Source: Actinomycetota bacterium (lineage in GTDB: Bacteria > Actinomycetota > Actinomycetes > S36-B12 > UBA5976). From it: a stretch of 64,000 nt of DNA. The translations under genes and the position numbers were made by a program. The stretch covers positions 194,657 through 258,656 of the forward strand of contig CANGDR010000001.1 in the NCBI GenBank assembly GCA_947452765.1, given 5' to 3'. Under the pieces are notes generated by a model that had not been told where the DNA came from, did no database searches, and worked only from the letters and a program-made list of their open reading frames with translations. Positions 21,010-30,355 of this stretch are shown one piece after another; positions within the stretch are counted from its first letter, which is position 1, and each line of letters opens with the position of its first letter.

Positions 21010-21920
21010 TGTCAACGCTGGAACATAAGTTAACCAACACAACTGAAATGGTGTTCACTGCCGAATTTCATTCACTCGATGGAAACGGATTAGAAAAAGC
21101 TAAGAAGTATGCCGATCGCTTCCAAGGTTGGTTTGATGGGGTAAACGCAACCGACAATACGGCCGCACATGCACACGCCTCCAATGTGGCAACTGCAATT
21201 GCGATTAAGCAATTAGGTCTTGAGCCGATTATGCAAATTGTTTGCCGAGATAAAAATCGTTTGGCGCAGCAAGCAGACATCATGGGTGCTTCGATGTTTG
21301 GCGTAGAAAACTTTGTGGCACTTACTGGCGACGATGTAACTGCTGGTGATGAACCAGAAGCTCGTCGGGTATTTGATCTAGATGGCCCACAACTCGTTCG
21401 CCTCATGAGCACGCTCAAGCACGGCGAGTACATGTCGGGTCGAAAGATTGACCCAGCCCCACAGATGTTTATTGGAGCGGTAGAAAACCCAGCAGCGCCG
21501 CCATTTGAATACCGGGTTGAGCGCGTAGCAAAGAAATATGCAGCAGGCGCAAAGTTTCTGCAACTTCAGATTTGCTATCACCAAGACCGATTAGAGAAGT
21601 TTTGTGCTGGTGTAAAAAGCGCTGGATTGGCAGGCAAGATCGCAATCATTCCCACCGTGGTTTTAGTAAAGGGCCCCCGACCATTGCACTTTATGCATAA
21701 TTCGGTGCCAGGTATCGACGTTCCTGAAGATCAAATTGCCCGCGTGGAAAAGGCAGCTGATCCATCCGAGGCTGCCTACCTACAAACCCTCGAATTTGCC
21801 CGACACGCGCTGGACCAGCCAGGCGTGCGAGGATTGCACATAACGGATTTTAGAAATGATGAAACCTTGGAACGTCTCATGTCTGACCTGGGCCGGGTTC
21901 GCCAAGCGGTAACTACCTAA
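21009..21920 (+). CDS. metF: Methylenetetrahydrofolate reductase (MetF-like TIM barrel)
   Basis: The 303 aa MTHFR-family protein has a TGATG junction with the MetV-like gene. Confidence 0.8.
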   Translation: MSTLEHKLTNTTEMVFTAEFHSLDGNGLEKAKKYADRFQGWFDGVNATDNTAAHAHASNVATAIAIKQLGLEPIMQIVCRDKNRLAQQADIMGASMFGVENFVALTGDDVTAGDEPEARRVFDLDGPQLVRLMSTLKHGEYMSGRKIDPAPQMFIGAVENPAAPPFEYRVERVAKKYAAGAKFLQLQICYHQDRLEKFCAGVKSAGLAGKIAIIPTVVLVKGPRPLHFMHNSVPGIDVPEDQIARVEKAADPSEAAYLQTLEFARHALDQPGVRGLHITDFRNDETLERLMSDLGRVRQAVTT

Positions 21921-21950
21921 AAGAAGAAATACCTAATAGAAGGAAGCACG

Positions 21951-22802
21951 ATGCATACAGTAGTAAGTTCTGCCACCAAGACCGTTACGATCGGCCACGA
22001 TCAGCCGTTTGTGATTATTGGCGAGCGCCTTAACCCAACTGGTCGCAAACTCTTCCAAGAAAAGCTTCGGGCAGACGATCTTTCAACCATCGAAAAAGAT
22101 GTAGCAGACCAGGTCGCTGGCGGGTGCGACATGTTGGACGTAAACATGGGCGTGCCATTAACTGATGAACCAGCATTGCTTGCCAAAGCAGTCCAGCTAG
22201 TTCAATCTCTAACTGACTTACCAATCTGTATTGACTCTTCGGTTATCGAAGCCCTTGATGCAGGTCTGGCAGTCTATGAAGGTAAAGCTCTGGTTAACTC
22301 GATGACTGGCGAAGATGAGCGCATGGATTTAATCCTGCCGCTTGTTAAAAAGTACGACGCTGCAATTCTTGCGCTGCCAAATGATGAAATTGAAATTCCA
22401 ATGCTCGCCAAAGATCGAATGGTGATCGTTGAAAAGATTGTGCGTCGCGTTGAAAAAGAAGGCATTCCACTGGAAAACCTTTTAATCGATCCGTTAGCTA
22501 TGCCTGTTGGCGCCGATCCGGAAAACGTCAAGAATACTTTGGAAACTATTTACCAGATCAAAGAGAAGTACGGCTTAAACATGTCGCTGGGTGCTTCGAA
22601 CGTTTCGTTCGGTTTACCTAACCGTCACATCCTTAATGCAGCATTTATGCCGATGGCTATGGCGATGGGACTAACTTCGGCAATCATGGATGGCCGTACC
22701 CCAGAAGTCGTGCAAGCCGTTCGTGCCGCTGATCTCTTGCTTGGCCTAGACCAGTGGGGCGCTAACTGGATTACCCAGTTCCGCGCATCAAAAGAAGCAT
22801 AA
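21951..22802 (+). CDS. Methyltetrahydrofolate:corrinoid methyltransferase (pterin-binding domain, MtgA/AcsE-like)
   Basis: The 283 aa protein has a pterin-binding barrel (IIGERLNPTGRK, MLDVNMG, GASNVSFGLPNR). Confidence 0.8.
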   Translation: MHTVVSSATKTVTIGHDQPFVIIGERLNPTGRKLFQEKLRADDLSTIEKDVADQVAGGCDMLDVNMGVPLTDEPALLAKAVQLVQSLTDLPICIDSSVIEALDAGLAVYEGKALVNSMTGEDERMDLILPLVKKYDAAILALPNDEIEIPMLAKDRMVIVEKIVRRVEKEGIPLENLLIDPLAMPVGADPENVKNTLETIYQIKEKYGLNMSLGASNVSFGLPNRHILNAAFMPMAMAMGLTSAIMDGRTPEVVQAVRAADLLLGLDQWGANWITQFRASKEA

Positions 22803-22833
22803 GTATTCCTAAGGCCTACCGAAAGTTAGCCAA

Positions 22834-24702
22834 GTGTCAAAAGATGTAACCGACTCGACCGAATCCACAGTCAGTGGACTCGGCCGAGTTAATCTGCAAT
22901 TCACGCCTAGTGGAACTGAAGTTCGGGTACCGCCCGGCGTAACAGTTTTTGATGCAGCATCTTGGAATGGTTTAGCGATTGACTCAACTTGCGGTGGCCA
23001 TGGAACTTGTAAGAAGTGCAAGATCCAGGTTGTCGAAGGTGAAGTTCCAGTTTCGCGATTAGACATTCGTGCATTCACACCTGAGCAACTAAAAGATGGC
23101 TGGCGCCTGGCATGTGTGGCTCGGGCAAACGGAAATCTTAAAGTCGATGTCCCACCACTCGCTACTCGGCCAAAAGCTGCAACAGTGGGAGTGGGCCGCC
23201 AAGTTATTCTGCGCCCAGCAGTGCAAAAGCGTTATGTCGAACTTGTAGAACCAACTTTGCATGACCAACGTCCTGATATTGATCGCATCCGCGATGCCAT
23301 GGACGACTTAGAGTTCGAAGCAGACCTATCAGTGCTGAAAACCTTGCCAACTATCATGCGCAAAAGCGATTTCAAGGTAACTGCCGTAGTAGTAAACGAA
23401 GCATTGATTGCAGTTGAGGCAGGGGATACCACTGCTGAAAACTTTGCAATTGCAATCGACCTAGGAACCACAACAGTGGTAGCAACACTGTTGGATCTTG
23501 GCACTGGAACGCCGATGGCTGTTAAGTCAATGCTAAACAAGCAGCAACCATTTGGTGCTGACGTTATCTCGCGGATCTCGGCCACGATGATGGATCCATT
23601 AGCTGCAGGACTAATGCAAACTGCAGGCTTGGCCACCATTAACGAACTAATTGCTGAAGTGTGTACCGAAGCAAAGGTATCGGCTAACCAGGTTTACGAA
23701 ATCGCAATTGCGGGAAATGCCACGATGGTTGAGATCTTGCTTGGCGTTGATCCAGAGCCAGTCGGTGTTGCACCATTTATTACTGCTGCCCAGAAGTGGC
23801 CAACATTTACTGCAGCCGAAGTCGGATTAGAAATGTTGCCGAGTGCTCGCGTCTTCCTATTCCCAGCCTTTGGAGCTTATGTAGGCGGCGACATCGTTGC
23901 AGGTGTGTTGGCAACTGGAATGGATCGCGATAAGCGAGTCCGCCTTCTAATTGACGTCGGTACAAACTGTGAAATTGTTCTTTCTAGTGGTGACACAATT
24001 TTGACGACAGCGGCCCCGGCTGGACCTGCCTTCGAAGCAGCTTCGATTGCCTGCGGAATGCGAGCAGCTGATGGTGCAATTGAAGTTGTCCAAGTTACCG
24101 ATGAAGGAATCAAATTAGGCGTTATCGGCGATGCAGAACCGATTGGAATTTGTGGCTCTGGCTTAGTAGATGCCGTTTACGTATTGCATCAAGCAGGATT
24201 AATTGACGATTCTGGTCGCTTCGCTACCGATGAACAAGCCGCAGTTATCGCACCACATATTTCGGATCGGTTGATTACTCGCGAAGCAGGTGATCGAGCG
24301 TTCGTGTTGTACAGCAAGGATGGCGAAGTAGTTGTCCACTTATCTCAGCGGGATGTGCGGGAACTTCAGTTTGCGAAGGCTTCGATCGCTACTGGGTGGC
24401 GACTACTCCTTGAAGAGCAAGGCTTAACCGATGATGATGTTCAACAAGTTCTGCTTGCCGGGTCCTTTGGTTCCTATTTGTCACCAAAGTCAGCAATTGG
24501 AATTGGCTTAGTGCCAAAGCTTCCGGTTTTGCGAATTGTGAGTGCCGGAAACGTAGCAGGCGAGGGCGCCAAAATGGTCCTGCTCTCCAGCACTGAACGA
24601 AGCGGCGCGACAACTTTGCTTGATGAAGTTGATTACGTAGAACTTTCTGATCGCCCAGACTTTAACGACAAGTTTTTCTTGGAGCTGGCGCTTCCATCAT
24701 GA
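22834..24702 (+). CDS. Corrinoid reductive activase (RamA/RACo-like: N-terminal 2Fe-2S ferredoxin plus ASKHA ATPase domain)
   Basis: The 622 aa protein has a plant-type ferredoxin motif CGGHGTCKKCKI. A DUF4445/ASKHA body follows (AIDLGTTTV, DVGTNCE, GICGSG). The start is GTG. Confidence 0.8.
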   Translation: MSKDVTDSTESTVSGLGRVNLQFTPSGTEVRVPPGVTVFDAASWNGLAIDSTCGGHGTCKKCKIQVVEGEVPVSRLDIRAFTPEQLKDGWRLACVARANGNLKVDVPPLATRPKAATVGVGRQVILRPAVQKRYVELVEPTLHDQRPDIDRIRDAMDDLEFEADLSVLKTLPTIMRKSDFKVTAVVVNEALIAVEAGDTTAENFAIAIDLGTTTVVATLLDLGTGTPMAVKSMLNKQQPFGADVISRISATMMDPLAAGLMQTAGLATINELIAEVCTEAKVSANQVYEIAIAGNATMVEILLGVDPEPVGVAPFITAAQKWPTFTAAEVGLEMLPSARVFLFPAFGAYVGGDIVAGVLATGMDRDKRVRLLIDVGTNCEIVLSSGDTILTTAAPAGPAFEAASIACGMRAADGAIEVVQVTDEGIKLGVIGDAEPIGICGSGLVDAVYVLHQAGLIDDSGRFATDEQAAVIAPHISDRLITREAGDRAFVLYSKDGEVVVHLSQRDVRELQFAKASIATGWRLLLEEQGLTDDDVQQVLLAGSFGSYLSPKSAIGIGLVPKLPVLRIVSAGNVAGEGAKMVLLSSTERSGATTLLDEVDYVELSDRPDFNDKFFLELALPS

Positions 24703-25289
24703 GCCTGGCTGTGATTGCATGTGGCGCGCTTTCGGCCCACGTTCACGAGATTGCGGATCGCAATCATCTGGAGCTACATGTTGAACCAATCAATCCGCTC
24801 TTGCACAATCGTCCCGAAGGAATCGCACCAGCCGTAGAAGAACTAATCCTGGAACTCCAGCCAAATTATGATCACATTGCTATTGCATATGCAGATTGCG
24901 GCACCTACGGGGCACTCGATGTAGTTTGCGAGAAGTATCAAGTTTCCCGACTGGCGGGCGATCATTGCTACGACGTATTTGCAACTGCCGAAAAAATGAA
25001 AGCCGAATTCGAAAAGGTTCCGGGCACCTACGTGCTAACGGATTACTTAGTTAAAAGTTTTCGCCGGAGCGTAATGAACGAAATGGGCCTAGATCGTTAT
25101 CCAGAATTACGCGATGACTATTTCCATGCCTATAAGAGAATTCTCTGGCTAGCCCAGCATCAAACCCCTGAACTTGAGGAAGCGGCCAAGGATGCAGCGT
25201 CCTTAATTGATTTACCGCTAGAAATCATTAATGTGGGAGATAAGCACTTAGAGGAACAGTTAATGGTTTTGATCGGGAGCACGAAATGA
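24699..25289 (+). CDS. DUF1638-domain protein (unknown function, recurrently linked to corrinoid methyltransferase systems)
   Basis: The 196 aa protein is recognised by family recollection of its sequence (IACGALSAHV, YADCGTYGALD). It has ATGA overlaps on both sides, with the activase and with fdsG. Confidence 0.65.
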   Translation: MSLAVIACGALSAHVHEIADRNHLELHVEPINPLLHNRPEGIAPAVEELILELQPNYDHIAIAYADCGTYGALDVVCEKYQVSRLAGDHCYDVFATAEKMKAEFEKVPGTYVLTDYLVKSFRRSVMNEMGLDRYPELRDDYFHAYKRILWLAQHQTPELEEAAKDAASLIDLPLEIINVGDKHLEEQLMVLIGSTK

Positions 25290-25747
25290 GCAATTACTCC
25301 GAAGAATCCATACTTAACTATTTAGGACCTTACAAAGGTGATACCTCAACTATCTTGAGATCGCTGCAATTAATCCAAGAACTATTAGGTTATGTGCCGG
25401 ACAGCGCACTTGATTTAGTTGCCAAAAACAGCGGTGTCTCGCGCGCTGAGGTCTATGGCGTATTTACTTTCTATAGTGATTTTCGCTCGACACCGCCGGC
25501 AAAAGCCGTTGTTAAGGTGTGCGTAGCCGAAGCCTGCCAAGCATCCGGAAATGCCGAATTGATATCGGGTCTCCATGACCACGGGTATGACATCCATAAC
25601 GGCAGTGTTAAAGATGACATTCAAATGGAGCAAACTTTCTGCTTAGGCAACTGCGCCCTAGGACCGTCGGTCATGGTAAATGGGGCTCCAATGGGCCGGG
25701 CAACCTGCGACAAAGTTTTAGCTGCAGCAAAGGCAGCATCGGTATGA
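25286..25747 (+). CDS. fdsG: Formate dehydrogenase gamma subunit (NuoE-like 2Fe-2S)
   Basis: The 153 aa protein has a thioredoxin-like 2Fe-2S fold with C..C....C..C spacing (VCVAEACQ, FCLGNCALGP). Confidence 0.8.
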   Translation: MSNYSEESILNYLGPYKGDTSTILRSLQLIQELLGYVPDSALDLVAKNSGVSRAEVYGVFTFYSDFRSTPPAKAVVKVCVAEACQASGNAELISGLHDHGYDIHNGSVKDDIQMEQTFCLGNCALGPSVMVNGAPMGRATCDKVLAAAKAASV

Positions 25748-27288
25748 CAAAAGTATTCATCCCTCGGGATTCCGCAGCGCTATCTGTCGGAGCCGATGAA
25801 GTTGCTGCGAAAATTATTAAAATCGCAGCCAAGCAAGGGCTAGATGTGACGGTTGTTAGAACTGGCTCGCGCGGCATGTTATTTCTAGAGCCACTTATGG
25901 AGGTTGAAACTGCTGCTGGTCGGATTGGGTACGCGAATGTAACTCCAGAAATGGTCGAAGATCTACTTGCTGCAGGTGCATTAAGTGGCGCATCCCATGC
26001 GTCAACCATCGGCCAAGTTGAAAGTCACGAATACTTCGCCCGCCAAAACCGAATCACTTTCGCCCGGGTTGGAATCATAGATCCAATTTCGATAACTGAT
26101 TATGAAGCACATGGCGGGTTAGCTGGCTTAAGAAATGCTCTTGCGAAAACACCGGAATCTATTGTCGAAGAAGTTACCGAATCTGGACTTCGCGGTCGCG
26201 GCGGAGCAGGTTTTCCAGCTGGAATAAAATGGAAGACCGTTTTACTGGCAACCTCAGATCAAAAATACATTTGCTGCAATGCGGATGAAGGCGACAGCGG
26301 AACATTTGCAGATCGCATGCTGATGGAGGGTGATCCATTCACCTTGATAGAAGGCATGATTATTGCTGGCATAGCCGTTGGTGCGACAAAAGGTTTGATT
26401 TATGTCCGATCCGAATACCCACATGCGATTTCAATTTTTAACGAAGCAATTGCGGTTGCTAATTCTTCTGGATTATTAGGTTCATCTGTCCTTGGTTCGG
26501 CTCATGAATTCAATCTAGAAGTTCGAGTTGGCGCCGGATCATATGTTTGTGGCGAAGAAACTGCGATGTTGGAAAGTTTGGAAGGTAAGCGTGGCATGGT
26601 TCGCGCCAAGCCACCGATTCCTGCGTTAGTTGGCTTGTTCGGTAAGCCAACTGTCATTAACAATGTGATGACGCTGGCTGCTGTGCCAATGATTTTGGCG
26701 CAAGGGGCTGCTGCCTATCAATCGCTAGGGCATGAGCGATCGCGAGGAACTCAAGTTTTCCAACTTGCCGGCAACATAAAGCAAGGCGGAATTGTGGAGC
26801 TTGCATTCGGAACCACGCTCGGCGAACTAGTTGATGGCTTTGGCGGCGGCACATTGTCCGGCCGCCCAGTAAAGACAGTTCAAATCGGCGGCCCGCTTGG
26901 GGCATACCTAGGTAAGTCAGACTGGAATGTCCCAATGGCTTATGAGTCCTTGGCTGAGGTCGGTGGCATGCTTGGTCACGGCGGCATTGTGGTCTTTGAT
27001 GACACAGTAAATATGGCCAAACAAGCCCGTTTTGCTATGGAATTCTGTGCCGAGGAATCCTGCGGCAAGTGCACGCCATGTCGAATTGGATCAACTCGCG
27101 GGGTCGAAGTCATTGACCGAATCGTTGCCGGCGAGGAACAATCAAAGAACCTAGAACTGCTTTCAGATCTTTGCGATGTGATGGCTGATGGTTCGCTGTG
27201 TGCCATGGGTGGATTAACTCCACTACCAGTACGAAGCGCCTTGAAGCTGTTTCCTGCAGACTTCGGAATCTCGGTAGGAGTTAAGTAA
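25744..27288 (+). CDS. fdsB: Formate dehydrogenase beta subunit (NuoF-like NAD/FMN/4Fe-4S)
   Basis: The 514 aa protein has GLRGRGGAGFPAG (FMN site), CNADEGDSGTF and ESCGKCTPCR (4Fe-4S). Confidence 0.88.
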   Translation: MTKVFIPRDSAALSVGADEVAAKIIKIAAKQGLDVTVVRTGSRGMLFLEPLMEVETAAGRIGYANVTPEMVEDLLAAGALSGASHASTIGQVESHEYFARQNRITFARVGIIDPISITDYEAHGGLAGLRNALAKTPESIVEEVTESGLRGRGGAGFPAGIKWKTVLLATSDQKYICCNADEGDSGTFADRMLMEGDPFTLIEGMIIAGIAVGATKGLIYVRSEYPHAISIFNEAIAVANSSGLLGSSVLGSAHEFNLEVRVGAGSYVCGEETAMLESLEGKRGMVRAKPPIPALVGLFGKPTVINNVMTLAAVPMILAQGAAAYQSLGHERSRGTQVFQLAGNIKQGGIVELAFGTTLGELVDGFGGGTLSGRPVKTVQIGGPLGAYLGKSDWNVPMAYESLAEVGGMLGHGGIVVFDDTVNMAKQARFAMEFCAEESCGKCTPCRIGSTRGVEVIDRIVAGEEQSKNLELLSDLCDVMADGSLCAMGGLTPLPVRSALKLFPADFGISVGVK

Positions 27289-30137
27289 TGACATTGCTTG
27301 CAGATCCACGCGGCACGATGCCGATTCGTTCCGGCATTGGCGAACCTGATTATGGAACTCCTAAGTCCAGCTCCCAAGTAATGGTTACGGTCACCATCGA
27401 CGGTGAGGCACATGTAGTCCCTGAAGGTACTTCAGTAATGCGAGCCGCTGGCGAAGCAGGCTGTTCAATACCAAAACTTTGTGCGACCGATTCGCTCCAG
27501 CCATTTGGCTCATGTCGCATGTGCATCGTCGAAATCGATGGACGAAAGGGAACTCCAGCTTCTTGCACAACTCCGGTGGAGGAGGGAATGGTAGTTCGCA
27601 CCCAGACCGAGAAAGTTGCCAAACTTCGCAAAGGTGTGATGGAACTTTATATTTCCGACCATCCATTGGACTGCTTAACGTGTTCAGCTAATGGCGATTG
27701 CGAACTGCAAGACATGGCGGGTGTGGCTGGGCTGCGTGAGGTCCGTTATGGCATGGACGGCAAGAATCACCTCGATGCACCGACCGATTCATCTAATCCA
27801 TATTTTTCATTCGATGAGAGCAAATGCATTGTCTGTAATCGCTGCGTTCGCGCGTGTGATGAAGTACAAGGAACTCTCGCGCTAACCATTGAAGGCCGTG
27901 GCTTTAATTCGAAAGTAAGTCCAGGTGGGTTGAATTTCCTTTCAAGTGAATGTGTTTCGTGTGGCGCCTGTGTTCAGGCTTGTCCGACCGCAACTTTGCA
28001 AGAAAAGAGTGTCATTGATTTAGGTATGCCAACTCGCACCGTGCAAACCACTTGTGCATATTGCGGTGTTGGTTGCTCATTTAATGCCGAACTTCGTGGC
28101 GATGAACTTGTCCGTATGGTGCCTGCTAAAACTGGTGGCGCCAACGAAGGTCATAGTTGTGTGAAAGGCCGCTTTGCTTGGGGTTATGCCTCGCACTCAG
28201 AACGAATCACCAAGCCAATGATGCGCGAAAAAATTACTGATGAATGGCGTGAAGTTTCGTGGGATGAAGCAATTGAGTTTACTGCTTCCAAGCTAAAGGA
28301 AATCCAACTGCAATACGGTGACAACAGCATTGGTGGAATTTCGTCATCAAGATGCACCAATGAGGAAATCTTTGTTGTCCAAAAAATGGTTAGAGCCGCC
28401 TTTGGAAATAACAATATTGATACGTGTGCTCGCGTTTGCCACTCGCCAACTGGATATGGTTTGAGCACTACATACGGCACTTCGGCTGGCACGCAAGATT
28501 TTAAGTCGGTGGCAAAGTCAGATGTGATAGTTGTGATTGGCGCAAATCCAACAGATGCCCACCCAGTGTTTGCTTCTCGCATGAAGCGCCGGATTCGTGA
28601 AGGCGCACAACTGATCATTATTGATCCGCGCAAGATTGATCTGGTGGAATCCGCACACATTAAGGCTGACTACCACCTGCAATTGCAGCCAGGCACAAAT
28701 GTTGCTGTGATAAACGCAATCGCACATGTAATTGCAACCGAGGGTTTGATTGACGAAGTGTTCGTTTCAGAGCGCTGCGATCCAGGGCCATTTAATCGCT
28801 GGCGAAAATTTATCGAACTTCCAGAAAACAGCCCAGAAGTTGTTGAGTCCCAGTCTGGCGTTCCAGCCGAAACTATTCGCCAGGCAGCTCGGCTGTATGC
28901 AGCTGGAAATAACGCTGCTATCTACTACGGCCTTGGTGTAACTGAGCACTCGCAAGGTTCAACCATGGTTATGGGTATGGCAAACCTTGCAATGGCTACT
29001 GGAAATATCGGCCGCGAAGGTGTGGGTATCAACCCATTGCGTGGCCAAAATAATGTGCAGGGTGCCTGTGACATGGGATCGTTCCCGCATGAACTTTCTG
29101 GTTACCGACATGTTTCTGATAACGCCGTGCGTGAGCAATTTGAAGCGCTTTGGGATGTAAAGCTGCTACCGGATCCTGGCATGAGAATTCCAAATATGTT
29201 CGACAATGCGATCTCCGGAGAATTCCGTGGATTGTTTGTGCATGGCGAAGACATCGCGCAATCCGATCCAAACACCAAGCACGTTGAAAAGTCCCTTAAG
29301 TCGATGGACTTAGTTGTCGTACAGGACCTATTCCTAAACGAAACCTCTAAGTTTGCACACGTATTCCTGCCTGGCACTTCCTTCCTGGAAAAGGATGGAA
29401 CGTTCACCAATGCGGAACGTCGTATCAATCGCGTGCGACCAGTTATGGCGGCTAAGAACGGCAAGCAAGAGTGGCAAATCATCTGTGAAATTGCACAAGC
29501 AATGGGTTATGACATGCATTACGAAAATTCTGCTCAAATCATGGATGAGATTGCGCAAATTACACCGACATTCAAAGGTATTAGTTTTGCAATGCTCGAT
29601 GAAGTTGGCAGCGTGCAGTGGCCATGTAATGACGCCGCTCCTGACGGTACGCCAATCATGCACGTAGATGGTTTTGTTCGGGGACAAGGACAGTTCATGG
29701 AGACACCGTTTGTCCCAACCGAAGAACGGTCAAATCGTAAGTTCCCGCTATTGCTGACAACTGGACGTATCTTGACTCAATACAACGTTGGCGCCCAGAC
29801 TCGCAGAACAGCAAATGTAACCTGGCATCCCGAAGATGTTTTGGAGATTCACGAGTCAGATGCAGCGTTACGTGGCATTTCAGATGGTCAGAAGATCGCG
29901 GTATCAAGTCGAATTGGCGAAACAATTTTAACTGCAGAAGTAAGTGATCGAGTGCCTGCTGGAGTGGTCCACACCACGTTCCACCATCCAACTAGTGGTG
30001 CAAATGTAATCACGACGGAGTTTTCAGACTGGGCAACTAACTGTCCGGAATTCAAAGTGACTGCAGTGGAAATCCGCCCAGCTGACTCGAGCGCAGCGCC
30101 AACAAATACCCTCGAATCAGTATTGACCAAGGCTTAA
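27288..30137 (+). CDS. fdsA: Formate dehydrogenase alpha subunit (molybdopterin, Cys active site)
   Basis: The 949 aa protein has N-terminal 2Fe-2S/4Fe-4S motifs (CRMCIVE, CIVCNRCVRAC, CVSCGACVQACP, CAYCGVGC). The Mo-bisPGD domain has TCARVCHSPTG where Sec enzymes carry U, so this is a Cys-type enzyme. Confidence 0.92.
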   Translation: MTLLADPRGTMPIRSGIGEPDYGTPKSSSQVMVTVTIDGEAHVVPEGTSVMRAAGEAGCSIPKLCATDSLQPFGSCRMCIVEIDGRKGTPASCTTPVEEGMVVRTQTEKVAKLRKGVMELYISDHPLDCLTCSANGDCELQDMAGVAGLREVRYGMDGKNHLDAPTDSSNPYFSFDESKCIVCNRCVRACDEVQGTLALTIEGRGFNSKVSPGGLNFLSSECVSCGACVQACPTATLQEKSVIDLGMPTRTVQTTCAYCGVGCSFNAELRGDELVRMVPAKTGGANEGHSCVKGRFAWGYASHSERITKPMMREKITDEWREVSWDEAIEFTASKLKEIQLQYGDNSIGGISSSRCTNEEIFVVQKMVRAAFGNNNIDTCARVCHSPTGYGLSTTYGTSAGTQDFKSVAKSDVIVVIGANPTDAHPVFASRMKRRIREGAQLIIIDPRKIDLVESAHIKADYHLQLQPGTNVAVINAIAHVIATEGLIDEVFVSERCDPGPFNRWRKFIELPENSPEVVESQSGVPAETIRQAARLYAAGNNAAIYYGLGVTEHSQGSTMVMGMANLAMATGNIGREGVGINPLRGQNNVQGACDMGSFPHELSGYRHVSDNAVREQFEALWDVKLLPDPGMRIPNMFDNAISGEFRGLFVHGEDIAQSDPNTKHVEKSLKSMDLVVVQDLFLNETSKFAHVFLPGTSFLEKDGTFTNAERRINRVRPVMAAKNGKQEWQIICEIAQAMGYDMHYENSAQIMDEIAQITPTFKGISFAMLDEVGSVQWPCNDAAPDGTPIMHVDGFVRGQGQFMETPFVPTEERSNRKFPLLLTTGRILTQYNVGAQTRRTANVTWHPEDVLEIHESDAALRGISDGQKIAVSSRIGETILTAEVSDRVPAGVVHTTFHHPTSGANVITTEFSDWATNCPEFKVTAVEIRPADSSAAPTNTLESVLTKA

Positions 30138-30139
30138 CT

Positions 30140-30355
30140 GTGGATATTAAGATTCTCACTCACATGGTTGAACAAATTGAAAAGAATATCCCAGCTCACG
30201 AAGAGCAGTACTTGCGAATCTCTGAGCATTTAATTAAGTTTTGGACGCCACAAATGCGTACTGACTTATTTCAGGAAGTAAAAGAAAATCGACAGAACTA
30301 CAGCGAAGTTGTAGGACAAGTTGTCGACGATATGCGAGCAAAAGCTAAGGCTTAG
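30140..30355 (+). CDS. fdsD: Formate dehydrogenase delta subunit
   Basis: The 71 aa protein has a GTG start 2 nt after the fdsA stop and an FdsD-like HLIKFWTPQMR motif. Confidence 0.7.
   Translation: MDIKILTHMVEQIEKNIPAHEEQYLRISEHLIKFWTPQMRTDLFQEVKENRQNYSEVVGQVVDDMRAKAKA

Noticed and set aside
30352-30355. 4-nt convergent overlap of the fdsD and moeA stop codons with no terminator between them
   Set aside because: The overlap is real in the sequence but is a common consequence of compact genomes. Nothing indicates a specific antisense mechanism.
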